This document shows positions 37,611 through 49,900 of a stretch of 64,000 nucleotides of DNA, in pieces. The translations under genes and the position numbers were made by a program. The stretch's first letter is position 1, and every line of letters begins with the position of its first letter. Source of the stretch: Octopus vulgaris (lineage: Eukaryota); assembly GCA_951406725.2 (NCBI GenBank), contig OX597827.1, positions 46,562,001 to 46,626,000 of the forward strand. The letters run 5' to 3'. The notes under the pieces are model-generated. The model was not told the origin of the DNA, did no database searches, and saw only the letters and a program-made list of their open reading frames with translations.

Positions 37611-38281
37611 TAGGGAGTTCTGGAAGAGCTGTGCCTTTGGTTCTCCACCTGTTACAGTAACCCCACCTCCCACTTCGTGCATCATGCCTGCCTCTTCCCT
37701 CTCCTCCATGCTCCATAGATTACCCAACCAGACCATATTTTGCTTCCCCACCCTCATCCCTCATGACTATCCTCTTTACTATTCTTGCTGCTCACTGCAT
37801 CCCTCTATCTTGCCCAGCTCCTGGTTCTTGTTTCATCCACCCTTGAGCCCTACCCAACTCTGGCACTTTGTCTCCCCACTCCTCATTCAACTTCCCCTAC
37901 CATCTTGCAAACTACCCACCCATCTACACACTTCCACTCAGTTTGTGCCTTGTGCTGCCACCTGTGCACCTTATTACCATTGTCTATGTCTTGCAGATTT
38001 TACTGATCATTTTCTCTCCCCACCCTATTTCCTCCCTGTTAGATGTGAGTAACTGCACAGACCCTTCTGCAAGAACCTGCTCAGCCCCCCCCCCCCCATA
38101 ATAATACTCTTGTCCTCTAACATGAACCCCACCTCCTCCAACTCTTCCAGGGCTCTTGTGAGCTGCAGGGTAACCTCAATAATGCAGATGGTTCAAAAAG
38201 AGAGCCCCCGGTTCATACTGTAAAAGCAGTTGGTATTAGGAAGGGATCCAGCTGTAAAAACCTTGCCTAAGCAAAAATTGG

Positions 38282-39516
38282 CGAGTGAGGTTGATTCGTG
38301 TTTTAATGTCAGCCTCACCTTGACCTGTAGCTGTAATGATGGCACCAAGGTATTTGAAACTCTCAACCTCTTCAAGAATATCACCATTGAGGACAATGGG
38401 TGTTTTGTTGGTGAGGCAAAGCCGGCTTTGAGGATTTTGGTCTTCGAGGCATTGACTTTCATACCAATCTGCAATGCAACACACTGGAGCTCGTTGATAG
38501 CAAACTGGACGTCAGCAAATATTTCGCCAAGTATCGCAATGTCATCTGCGTAGTCTAGATCCTTGATGGAAAAGTTGTGACCAACAGTGATACCGGGGAA
38601 CTCCCTTAATGCATTTGTGGTGATCCAGTCGATGGCGTAATTGAAAAGAGTTGGCGAAAGAACACATCCTTGCCTAACGCCAGACCGTATTTTGATGGGT
38701 TCCGACACTTCACCATACACGCGTACGCGGGATCTTGTTGAGCGGTAATAAGCTTTGATAAGATTGCGAAGTTTAGGTGGGATACCATCTGCCTGCATGA
38801 CCTTCCAGAGGGTGTCACGATCGACGGAGTTGAATGCAGCAGCAAAATCAACAAAGCAGATGACTGTTTTTGGCTGAAAGCACCAACGGTGTTCGAGGAT
38901 TCGTCTTAGGGTGAAGATTTGATCGGTGCAGCCTCGATTTGGACAGAAACTACATTAGTTTGGTCTTGTTCTAGAGTCACGTTCTGATTGGAATCATCTC
39001 AGAAGAATAGATGCAAATATTTTGGCAGAAACGTCAATCAGACTGATGCCACGATAGTTGCTGCAGCAGCATTTATCACCTTTCTTAAAGAAAGGTACCA
39101 GCATTGCGTCGCTCCAGTCTTGGGGGAGGGTTTCCGTATCCCAAACCCGGGTGATAACTTGGTGAATCATGGGTCCCAGTATATTTGCACTATGCTTGAG
39201 GATCTCAGCAGGAATGTTATCTCTGCCGGCAGCTTTGTTATTTTTGAGCTTTCTGATAACAGCAAGGACCTCTTCAAGCGAAAGCAATGTGGTGGACAAC
39301 GAAAAACCTGGCTGATGACAGTCGAGGCTGGTCTGGAACCCAACCTAGGCCCCCATATCTATGGCGTTTGCCGCTGGAATAAAGAGTGGTTGGAGATCAC
39401 ACGGTCGTTAGCCTCAAATCACCAGGCCTGGTCGGCGTTTGTGAGAGATGCAGCGCTGAGGATGAATGAAGCCGGCTCAACCCACCCCGAGTGAATGCTG
39501 TCAAGTCAAATCAAGT
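38282..39516. mobile_element. RTE/BovB-like LINE with 5' inversion
   Basis: RT on minus strand (YRGISL, FVDFAAAFNSV, GVRQGCVLSPTLF, YADD) over 38282 to about 39280; ORF2 C-terminus and (CAAGT)n tail on plus strand; 15-bp TSD ctaagcaaaaattgg. Confidence 0.92.
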
Positions 39517-39739
39517 CTAAGCAAAAATTGGAACTCAATGCAGTCCTTGTATGTACTGGATCCTGTCAAACTGTGCAACTTGTGTCGACATGGAACATGG
39601 GCATTAAAAGGTGATGGTAATGATTGGTCTCATGAAACACACTGGTCAGAATGTTTTTGCCTGGAGGCCACTGGGGTGTGTGTGTGCAGGAGAGTGATAT
39701 TTTGAAGATTATCTCTAGAGATACTTAATAATAATAATA

Positions 39740-40085
39740 ATAACGAGCACTCAAGAGAGCACAGGCCTCCACCAAGGCAACACCAACGTCCCCTCAGCGA
39801 TTATTAGTCAGAGATGATTTTTAAAATGAGAATATCTGAAATAAATTTGACTGCTCTCAAAAAAACGAGAATACTAAAAATGAACCTAGCTGCTCTCAAA
39901 AAGTAATCCTTGTTTGGTACCGGATCGATTCCAAAATCTAATCAGTTTGTGCCAGTTACGAGGCCAAACATTCCTGAAAGCTTCATCTGAATCCATCCAG
40001 AGGTTCTTGAGATATCTTGTCCACGGACAAACAAACAAACACGACTGAAAACAATACCTCTGCCTTCGCTAAGGCAGAGGTGACA
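39740..40085 (-). mobile_element. Helentron/DINE-1-like non-autonomous element
   Basis: Terminal 11-bp hairpin acctctgcctt-cgct-aaggcagaggt (40056-40081), (CAAA)n microsatellite, related subterminal gcctccaccaaggc. Confidence 0.6.
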
Positions 40086-40355
40086 AGCTAAGTATGGTTG
40101 CCTTAGTTGATGGTATTATGTAGTATAGTAATACATTGTTGTGTGATAGCCGAATGTGTATTTTGGTGTCGGCAGTTTGTACGAAAAAGCATTTGCCAAA
40201 TTATAACTTTGTTAAAGTGAATTATACTGCTTGCTTACTTGTGCTGTGTAGTGCAGTGTGTATGAGAGCAGCTGAGTGCGTAGATTAAATAGTAGTCTGT
40301 GCAAGAGGTGTCAATGAACCTTTTGTCATATTTCTGTTTTACGGCTTTCCACCAG

Positions 40356-40430
40356 GTCAATATTGATGCGGAGAATTCTGACAATGCTAGTGAAGCTAGC
40401 TTCAGCTCGACCAATTCCGATATCAGCAAA
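40356..40430 (+). CDS. KIF11: KIF11 exon 25 (tail)
   Basis: caccag|GTC...AAA|gtatgt; VNIDAENSDNASEASFSSTNSDISK; phase 0-0. Confidence 0.8.
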
Positions 40431-42057
40431 GTATGTGAGACATTGCTGTTTATTATTATTATTATTATTATTATTATTTTCCATTCTGCTTTTTACTGCT
40501 TCTGTTTCATCATATTCATACACTTACAGATTGATTCACACCACATCTTGCTTTCTATTACGTTCCACTTGCCTCCCTTACCTCTTCCTCTCATTAGACT
40601 TTAATTGTTTCTCTTGTCGTTTAACCTACGGTCTGTTCGATGAAGACTCACCTGAGCTAAAGGTCACCTACCTGTGACTACTAATGCTGTCTCTTATTTC
40701 AAACAGTGTATTTAGGACTACATTATCCTGTGTATCTTCACGTTTTTTTTATGACAGTATATTCTTTGATGGCAACTCATGTGGCATTTCTAGTCTGGCA
40801 ACTACGTAGAGGCTCATAGCACTGGAAATGGTGGTGGGTCAAGATACCCTATGTGCATTGCATAAATGTAATTAAATTGTTGCCAAATTGATTTGGTACT
40901 CCCTGGAGAGGAGGTGAATATCTCTCCTGGATAGGGCATAGGTCGATTGCAGGTTGATTTTCCTGTCGTATGAATTGAACTTGGTTTTGCAATAAGCTAG
41001 TATAAAACACTTGTGTCAATTCAATGATTGCCTCTGCTTATAACGGAGTGCTTCATTGAGCTAGTTTTAACAAAGCTAGCTCAATGAAGGACTCACATGA
41101 AGCTAGATGAGCTGGATGTGTCCAAATTCCTGACCTTGGCAATAGTGTTCAGCATTGGTGAACAGGATCACATCATGAGCTGATATTCCTTACTCGACAG
41201 TTCAGCATTGCAGTAAAACATAATTTGAACTTCTTGTATCGATTATGAAGGGCATTAGTGGAGTACACAAACGGTCGCATTGGTTAAGGTGCTGAATTAC
41301 TGACCATGTGCACAGACTGTTAAAAGAAAAAAAAAACTCAACCGAGTATGCAAATGCTCAAATATGTGCCCACCTCTCTACTTGCTCTTGAAAAAAATAT
41401 GTAAAACTGAGACCATAACTTTTTTCTATTTAAACTGGCCATATTTGGCCAAAATATTAAATTGGCCATGTCTGGCCTTTCACACCAACTTTACAATATC
41501 ATTCTAAAAATCAAGTTGCATCATCAAAATCTTGAAGCTGCAAGATGATGCATAATTAACTCAAAGCAGTGTGAATAAATAAGCATTTGACAGGGAAATC
41601 TGAATGCTAAAGGGTTAAACTAGTAAAAAGTAATCCTTGTTGGTTGATACCTACTAGGGTAGTGCAGCTTCTTAATGGGCAGTATCAGACCTTTAATTGG
41701 ATTAAGGTGAGTGAGATCAGTAACAGTTTCAATGACTACATCAGGAAATCACCATTTTGAAATTTGTAATTATACATTGATACTGTACCAGCTCTGTAAT
41801 ATTATTAGACTTCTCAGCAACTAGTGGAGTTGCACCCCTCATGCAGTACTGCACCCTCAATCAGTTAAGGGTCTTGTCTTGCAGATGAATTGGTGACCTC
41901 ACTAGTGTTGGTGTCATGCAAAAAAAGCACCCAGTATACTCTGTAAAGGGCTTTCAGTTGTAGGAAGCCTACCAATGCAGTCATTAGATGTCAACACTCT
42001 TCTGGCTCATTGGATCCTGTCAAACCATCCAACCTACATCAGTTATGAAGACGGACA

Positions 42058-42536
42058 TTAACCCTTTTGTTACCAACCCAGCTGAAACCAGCTCTGGCTC
42101 TGTAGTACAAATGTCATATTTTCATAAGTTTTGAATTAAAATCTACCACCAAACCTTCGTCACAATTTATGTTCCTAACACTAGCTTAATGATAACTAAG
42201 TTATTTTACTAAATTCTTTATTATATCATAAATAATTGAAGGAAACATAGAGCATCTCAGCAGAAAAATGGTAACAAACCAGTTAAAATATAAAACAGAG
42301 AAACAATTCTTAACCCTTTTGATACCAACCTGGCTGAAACTGCCTCTGGCTCTGTAGTACAAATGTCGTTTCCATAAGTTTGGAATTAAAATCTTCCATC
42401 AAACCTTAGTCTCAATTTATGTTCCTAACACTAGCTTAATGATAACTAAATTATTTTACTAAATTCTTAGTCATATTTAAAATAACTGAGAGAAAAACAG
42501 AGCTTCTCAAAATAAATATGGTAACAAAAGGGTTAA
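42058..42536. mobile_element. piggyBac MITE dimer
   Basis: Two head-to-tail units of about 225 bp, outer TTAA, spacer aatataaaacagagaaacaattc. Confidence 0.88.
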
Positions 42537-42874
42537 ATTTCAATGGAATATCCCGGAATCCTTTTTTCTTTTCTATTTCATTTGCTTTTTGCACATTCAC
42601 TTCAGGTTTCATATAATTTTGTTTTTGTTGTTCAGTTATATGTTTGTTTAGTTTTTTTTATTTTTACTCCTAACTTTTTCTTTCCAACACCTGCTTTCAA
42701 ACAGTTCACCAATTTATATACCCCAAGTCTTTCTCTTTTTTATTTTTTCCACTTTTCTCTATTTCCATTTGAGCATCGCTGGTGGTGGTGTAATTGGTGG
42801 TATTGGGTTGTAAAACACAATTGATGGTAACCTCTTTGTGTGTGTGTGTTTGTGTCATATATATATGTGTGTGT

Positions 42875-43291
42875 GTTGAAAAATATCATTATAGGTATAA
42901 ATATACCATAAACAATTATAGAAAAATGGAGGAGAAAAAGATGTTCAATCAAAATTAGATTTAACCCTTTCGTTACTGTATTTATTTTGAGATGCTCTGT
43001 GTTTCTTTCAATTACTTTAAATATAACAAAGAATTTAGTAAAATAACTTAGTTATCATTAAGCTAGTGTTAGGAACATAAATTGTGACTAAGGTTTGGTG
43101 GAAGATTTTAATTCAAAATTCATGAAAACAAGACATTTGTACTCAGGGCCAGAGCCGGTTTCAGCCGGGTTGGTAACGAAAGGGTTAATACAAAATAGGA
43201 TTAAATGTAATTTTGATTCAACATCTTTTTCTCCTCCATTTTTCTATAATTGTTTATGGTATATTTATACCTATAAATGATATTTTTCAAC
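42875..43291. repeat. About 90-bp near-perfect inverted repeat around the MITE
   Basis: 42875-42964 is the reverse complement of 43201-43291 with about 3 differences. Confidence 0.92.
42961..43188. mobile_element. piggyBac MITE monomer, young copy
   Basis: TTAA-ccctttcgttac ... gtaacgaaaggg-TTAA, perfect 12-bp TIR. Confidence 0.92.
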
Positions 43292-43422
43292 TGCTATTTT
43301 CATATTCTTGTTACTTGCTCTGGCTGTTTTTTCATGAATATAATGAATCTTTATTAGAAATCATTCTTTCCCTCTTTTTAGACCTTTCAAAAAGTTTCAA
43401 TTGTTCTCTTTTGAACTTATTT

Positions 43423-43466
<44 letters not shown>

Positions 43467-43525
43467 TATATATAGATATATGTAGAGAGAGAGGTTTGTA
43501 TCAAATAGGTTAATTAAGAGTAATT

Positions 43526-43559
<34 letters not shown>

Positions 43560-43812
43560 TTATGTACTCACACAAAAAGGTGCTGAAAAGATTCTGGCTT
43601 TGAGCAAAAGAAAATACAGGCGGATCAGTAAATTATGATTTAAATTTAACATATTCCCCTCTCAGATTCACACTCTCATTGCAAAGCCCTGTAAAAAGAA
43701 AAAGATTATAAATATTCAAAAATGACAAAAAGACCCCAACAAAAGCCCAGATTTTACCGAACTCCATTCTCATTTCTCTTGTTTTATATATTGCTTATTT
43801 TACTAATTTCAG

Positions 43813-43944
43813 ATTTTGGAATCTAAAGAGAACCGGCCCCAGATGCCACCTCCACTTTCAGCAAAGAAAGGGAAGCGTTCAGTGAAAAGAACCGACTCAA
43901 GTGGTTCCCGCAGTCGGGTGCCTCTTCGAATGAATAACCAGTGA
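43813..43944 (+). CDS. KIF11: KIF11 terminal coding exon (KEN box, D-box, stop)
   Basis: tttcag|ATT...TGA; ILESKENRPQMPPPLSAKKGKRSVKRTDSSGSRSRVPLRMNNQ*, resembling the KENR and SRLPLR motifs of vertebrate Eg5 tails. Confidence 0.92.
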   Translation: MLESKENRPQMPPPLSAKKGKRSVKRTDSSGSRSRVPLRMNNQ

Positions 43945-44602
43945 TTCGGTGTGGAATTAGGATTTTGTGAAAATTAGGTTTTTTTAATCGTTAGGAGCAG
44001 GCAGTGGATAAAAACGTAGTTAAGGAAAATCTAGAGATTAATTTTTAATCTTTATTAAAAATTTATTTATTGATTTTTTTTTTTTTTTTTTTTGCAAAGG
44101 ATCTTTCTCACTGTAAAATGGAGATGGTGGGAGGTGGGTGAAAAAAAAAGGAAAAAGCAAGGAAAAGTTCTTGATAAGTCTACAGTGTTGTCAGATTTAA
44201 TTAAATCTTTTTTTTTTCTCCCAGCTGCATCTCACCATAATATTGTCATCTGCTGTAAAGGACGGTTCTGTTTACTTTCCAAACACACTGACTCAATAAA
44301 TGTAGAATAAGGGGGAGATACAAATAGTAGAAAGAAACAAACCAGTGTTGGTCTATTTCTTTATTGACTGTTGTTACAAAATTGTTTTTTTTTTTGTTTT
44401 TTTTCAGTGTTTTGAATTGTTTTGTTTCTGCTTTGCTTATCCCTCGTGGCACAATTTGGATTTGCTCTTTGCATTTATTTCTGAATCAGTGCTTTTTTTT
44501 TTTTTTTTTTTTTTTTTTTTGTTATTAGTGAGGGTAAGGAAAAAGAATACACACACTGCCAGTTCTAATTTTAAAATGAAACGGGGAATTAAAAATAATA
44601 AA
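43945..44602 (+). promoter_or_regulatory. Putative KIF11 3'UTR with candidate poly(A) signals
   Basis: U-rich sequence after the stop; AATAAA near 44295 and near 44597. Real cleavage site unknown. Confidence 0.45.
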
Positions 44603-47600
44603 TGAACAGGAACCAGAGTTATTTACAAACAAGAACTGCATGAGCTGATTTTAACTCGGGCAGAAAATACTCTGCTGTTTTTATTTTTAAAATGTTTAAT
44701 CATATTGTATATGTGCATTTTCAATTTTACATTTCATATTCTGCTGTATAAATCATTACCATTTTTCTCTCTATTTCTCACTCTCTCTGTCGTTCTGTTT
44801 GTCTTTTTTGTTCTCATCTTCTTTTTGTCCTTTTCGCATTCACTTTTCTACATTAACCTCTCTCACATACACTTTCTTTCTCCCACATGCTCTCTCTCTC
44901 TCTCTAATATGCTTTCTCTTGCTCTCAGCTTCTTAAAAACTTCTTTCCACATACATTGCAAATACATTTTCCATATATTTCTACTTCTCCCTTCTCTTCA
45001 TTTACTGTTACTACTACTACTATTACTTTCTTTAAATTCTGTTTTTCTATCCCTTTTTTTCCATTCCATTCATTTAATAAATCTTCACTTCAACATATTG
45101 TATTTTATATCTACACACACACACATGTACATGTATATATATTATGCACATACTGTTATATATACTCATCTACACACACATTATTATTTCTCATCTCCTC
45201 TGACTTACCTTAATAAATCACAAGCGATATTTTCTTTGTTAGCAATTGTTTTCTTCCCATTTATTGTAATAATACACTTCAAAATCGCCATTAATTGTTC
45301 TGACCTCTCTAGGTCACTATCAATATGAATTTAACAACTAAAGCACTGAGCCGGCAGACTTGTTAGCAAGCCAGGTAGAATGCTTTAGCAACATCACATC
45401 TGTCTTTATATTCTGAGTTCAAATTCTGCTGAGGTCGACTTTGCCTTTTGTCCTTTCAAGGTTGATAAAATAAGTACCAGTTGAACACTGGGGTCGATGT
45501 AATTGACTTATCCTTCCCTTGAAATTACTGGCCTTGTGCCAGAATTTGAAAACTACTCGTTAGTTAAACGAAATTGTCAGTTCATTTGGAGAAGGAATGA
45601 ACATTGCCACATTACAATTCATTTTTTTTATAAGCTGAGATATTATATTTAATTGTTGGAGAAGATGAAATAAAATGAAAAGAAAAAAAAGAAAAAATCA
45701 ATATTATGATTATTTGCCTCATGAATTCCGTTACTGTTTCTAGAGACAGTCATGATTGCTGCTACATCTCATTGTCATTTGTCTGTTAATAAAATTTATA
45801 AAATTTTTCACTTTTAGAAAATCATAAACAATCTGTGCGGAGGAAAAGTAAAGAACTTGTTATTTAAACAATTCAAAATTGATATGGTGCTTATTTAAGT
45901 GTAAACTTATTGCATTTTTAAATTATGAACTGAACAATTAAAATTTTTCTTTATCGTCTAAATGTCTTTCATCTTTGCTTATTAAAAGTTTCATAAAATA
46001 AACCTTATTGTACCACATACTTAATGTATGTGTTTCATCCAAACATTTTGCTGGCTGACATATTTTGTCCTGGGGAGAGTCCTTTTAAAACATGGAATGT
46101 TAAAAACAAAACACTGTTTGTCTCAAAACCAAATCAAATGAATCACCCCTGTAGGTGAATGAGAATCGTAGATATATATATACTCTTTTACTTGTTTCAG
46201 TCATTTGACTGAGGCTATGCTGGGGCACCGCATATAGTCGAGCAAATCGCCCCCAGGACTTATTCTTTGGAAGTCTAGTACTTATTCTATCGGTCTCTTT
46301 TTGTCGAACCGCTAAGTTACGGGGACGTTAACACACCAGTATCGGTTGTCAAGCGATGGTAGTGGTGGTGACAAACATACATACATACATGGAAAACGGA
46401 TGTTAAACGATGATAATGATATAAATATATATATATATATATATACATACACAACTGATGGGTTTCTTTCAGTTTCCATCTACCAAATCCACTCATGGCT
46501 TCGGTCGGCTTGAGGCTATAGTGGAAGACGCTTGCCCAAGGTGCCACGCAGTGGGAATGAACCCGTAACTATGTGATTGGTAAGCAAGCTACTTACGACA
46601 CAGCCACTCCTGCGCCGTACTTGATTAAACAAAGCACCAAACTTCTATTGGAGTAGATGGTATTGGCTCATCCCCTTGTGCACCGAATTTCAATTCCTTA
46701 GACCGATAAATGTACAGGGACAAGTAACCTATTTTGAAAATGTGTTTTCCTTTCCAGTTCTACAGTCGATCTTGGTTTGTTTCTGTCCCCCTAACATAGC
46801 AGAGCAGCAGAAGAGTTTGATAGTATCTCTTCCTTTTTGTTTTGTTTTCTTAAAGTTTGGTATTTATTCTATGGTCGATTTGTGCAACTAAACCGTTGAA
46901 GGTGGTGCCCCTGTGTGGCCACAGTCCAATGACTGAAGCAAAAGAAAGATAAAAACCTTCAGCTGATCAATGCCTTGAGTGCAATTTGGACGGCGGAAAA
47001 TATGCAGAAAGCCATAGTGTATGTATGTGCATAACGTGGAGCGAAAGTATGTAGTGTTTATTCCATCCGAGTTACATAGATACTCCCTTAATACTCCTGA
47101 TTGCCATCAGAAATACTGTGAATTAATAATAATTGGGTTGTTTATATAATCATTGAAGTTATTCTTAGAATATATATACTCTTTTTCAGTCATTTGACTG
47201 TGGCCATGCTGGAGCACCGCCTTTAGTCGAGCAAATCAACCCCAGGACTTATTCTTTGTAAGCCTAGTACTTATTCTATCGGTCTCTTTTGCCGAACTGC
47301 ATCAATGATATGTGATGTTAGGGGTGGGGGACAAACACAGACACACACAAACATATATATATATATACATATATTACATATATACGATGGGCTTCTTTCA
47401 GTTTCCATCTACCAAATCCATTCACAAGGCTTTGGTCAGCCTGAGGCTATAGCAGAAGACACCCAATGTGGCATGCAGTGGGACTGAATCCAGAACCATG
47501 TGGTTGGTAAGCAAGCTACTTACCACACAGCCACTCCTACGCCTATATAATATAATAGATTAAATTGCCTTGTGTATGCTTTGAAGTATAGAGCTCGTCA

Positions 47601-47859
47601 GTTGGGGAAAGAAGAATAGGTGGTCTATAATGGTACTGATGGGTCTAAAGAATATTGGTGGAACGTAATAATTAAAACAGGCACCACGTTAAAACACAAC
47701 CAGCCATGTGTTGTATGGGACCGCAAGAAAAATGTATGTACTGTTGAACTTCGCTGCCCTCAAGGACACCATTGTGCTTAGGAAAATATAAGAGAAAGAA
47801 AACATCTATGGACCATTGATTTTGCAAAGTGTCTAAGATACAGTTTCACGTATATTATT

Positions 47860-48436
47860 CTTTTCTACTCTAGGCACAGGACCTGAAATTTTTTGAGAGG
47901 AGGCGGGGCAGCTGATTAGATCGACTCCAGCACGCAACTGGTACTTAATTTATCGACCCCAAAAAGATGAAAGGCAAAGTCGATCTTGGTGAAATTTGAA
48001 CTCAGAACGTAAAGACCGACAAAACACCTATTTCTTTACTACCTACATGGAGCTAAACACAGAGGGACAGACAAACGTAACTGGTATTTATTTAATCGAC
48101 CCCGAAAGGACGAAAGGCAAAGTCGACCTCGGCGGAATTTGAACTCAGAACGTAACGGCAGACGAAATACCGCCAAGCATTTAGCCCGGCGTGCTAAAGT
48201 TTCTTATTTCTTTACTGCCCACAAGGGGCTAAACATAGAGGGGACAAACAAGGACAGACAAACGGATTAAGTAGATTACATTGACTCCAGTGCGTAACTG
48301 GTACTTTATTTATCGACTCCGAAAGGACGAAAGGCAAAGTCGACCTCGGCGGAATTTGAACTCAGAACGTCAAGACCGACGAAATACCGCCAAGCATTTA
48401 GCCCGGCGTGCTAAAGTTTCCGTCAGCTCGCCGCCT
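47860..48436 (-). mobile_element. Head-to-tail trimer of the Meta-like SINE
   Basis: Three units of aaaggcaaagtcgacctcggcggaatttgaactcagaacgt on plus; first junction as in 25577-26409. Confidence 0.85.
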
Positions 48437-48971
48437 ACTGGAGGAACAGAATATGTATCAGCTACCCGGGCAAAGTACATCTTAACCTGGGTTTATGGTG
48501 AAAGAATGCAACTCCATTCATTACAAATGATCAGAACATCTGGAACAATGAAAATCTGTAAAGCCTTGAAATTTAAAGAACCAGATGATGATTGGGGTCG
48601 ATGTAATCAACTTACCCACCTTCGCAAAAATTACTGGCCTTGTGCAAAAATTTGAAGCCAATAATTACCTAGACTTTCGGGTATCAAAAAGACATTTTAA
48701 CTGTTAATTTCTTTTACCATTTTTTCAAAAAGTCTCTCTTAGGTTGGTAATGATTCTGGATAATTCTTATAAGTAATGATAAATACATATTTTTACATCT
48801 CAGAAAAGACTCGTCTCATTCTTTTATAGAATATCTCAGTATTTTCTCATCAACAACTACGACTTCCAAAAATCTGTTCTCCTACATTTGTAAACCAAAA
48901 CATGATACTGATTGCACATGCGTACATAGGCCTATACAGAGACGATGGTGGAGGAAATGGCTTCTCACTAG

Positions 48972-49900
48972 CTACTCCAAAATGCACAATAAATGTCCAG
49001 TTATATTGAAATCCAGTTTTTGTGATGGCCAATCCAAGTAGTCAACTTCATTTTTGTACTCCCTGTACCAATTGTGAATAACAAGCTGAGTGAATCGGTG
49101 CATTATCATCCGAGAAAATTGCACTACCATCAAGGACCAATGTTTGTACTCTAAGATGGACATAATTAGCTAGAATACTCAGATAACCCTTGGCATTAAC
49201 ACTAACATGTAGAACAACTAAAGACCAAGATAATTCCCTAACATGGCTACTTGAATCATCTCGGAGTCGCCTCCATGCTTCACAAAAGGGATCAACCAGC
49301 CAAGGTTGTGTGTCACTTTGGGTTACCTCCACACTTAAACTAGTCCTGAAATGAGGACTGAGAAATTAATCATTTTTGATAGGGAAGACATCAATGTTGA
49401 GGGAGGGCAGGAGAGGCTTGGCAGTTGTAGCCCTCGCATGGCATCCAACTCTATGGAGCTTCTGCCGGAAAGTTTTGGTTGATATAGGGTTGGCAAAGTG
49501 GTTTAATTTTAATGTCACTTTTGCTACCACAATTTAATAGTTTTTAGATACAATGCTTTACATTATTCTGCAGTTTCCCTGTTTGAGCGTTGTATAAAGT
49601 CAACATAACGTGACAGACACATAGCTATAAAGCCCTAGGAAGCATCGACGCTCCCTGTCGGCTTTGACACATTTTCTGTGTCCTTATATTTGCAAAGGGG
49701 AGGCAAGCACCCCCACCAGCTAGGACTAGCAACCTGAAGACATGCATGTTTCTGGGTCTTGCCCGTCATCAGTCCAGGATAGCGAGTCCCCGCTAGCGGT
49801 AATACTTGCCAAGCCTTTGAAAATATATCTATTTACAGTGAAATCTATTCACTGAGCCAAACAAAAAGTGGTGTTCCCTTTATTTTGTCCGATTCCTGTA
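48972..49900 (-). mobile_element. Decayed Tc1-family transposon
   Basis: Frameshifted VKHGGDS, FSDDNAPIHSA, LDWPSQKLDFNI motifs; TIR-like tacaggaatcggacaaaataaagggaacac at 49871-49900. Far end not located. Confidence 0.8.
49733..49778 (-). ncRNA. Type I hammerhead ribozyme candidate, core intact
   Basis: Minus strand reads cctgga CTGATGA cggg-caaga-ccca GAAA catgcatg TC ttcagg; stems I, II and III all pair. Confidence 0.7.

Noticed and set aside
40530-40677. Alternative terminal or extra KIF11 exon (…LFDEDSPELKVTYL)
   Set aside because: Frame does not fit the phase-0 donor of exon 25 at the nearby acceptor, and the true tail motifs are at 43813-43944.
44705-45328. 207-aa hydrophobic ORF after KIF11
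   Set aside because: Pyrimidine-rich low-complexity DNA, no ATG start, no domain features.
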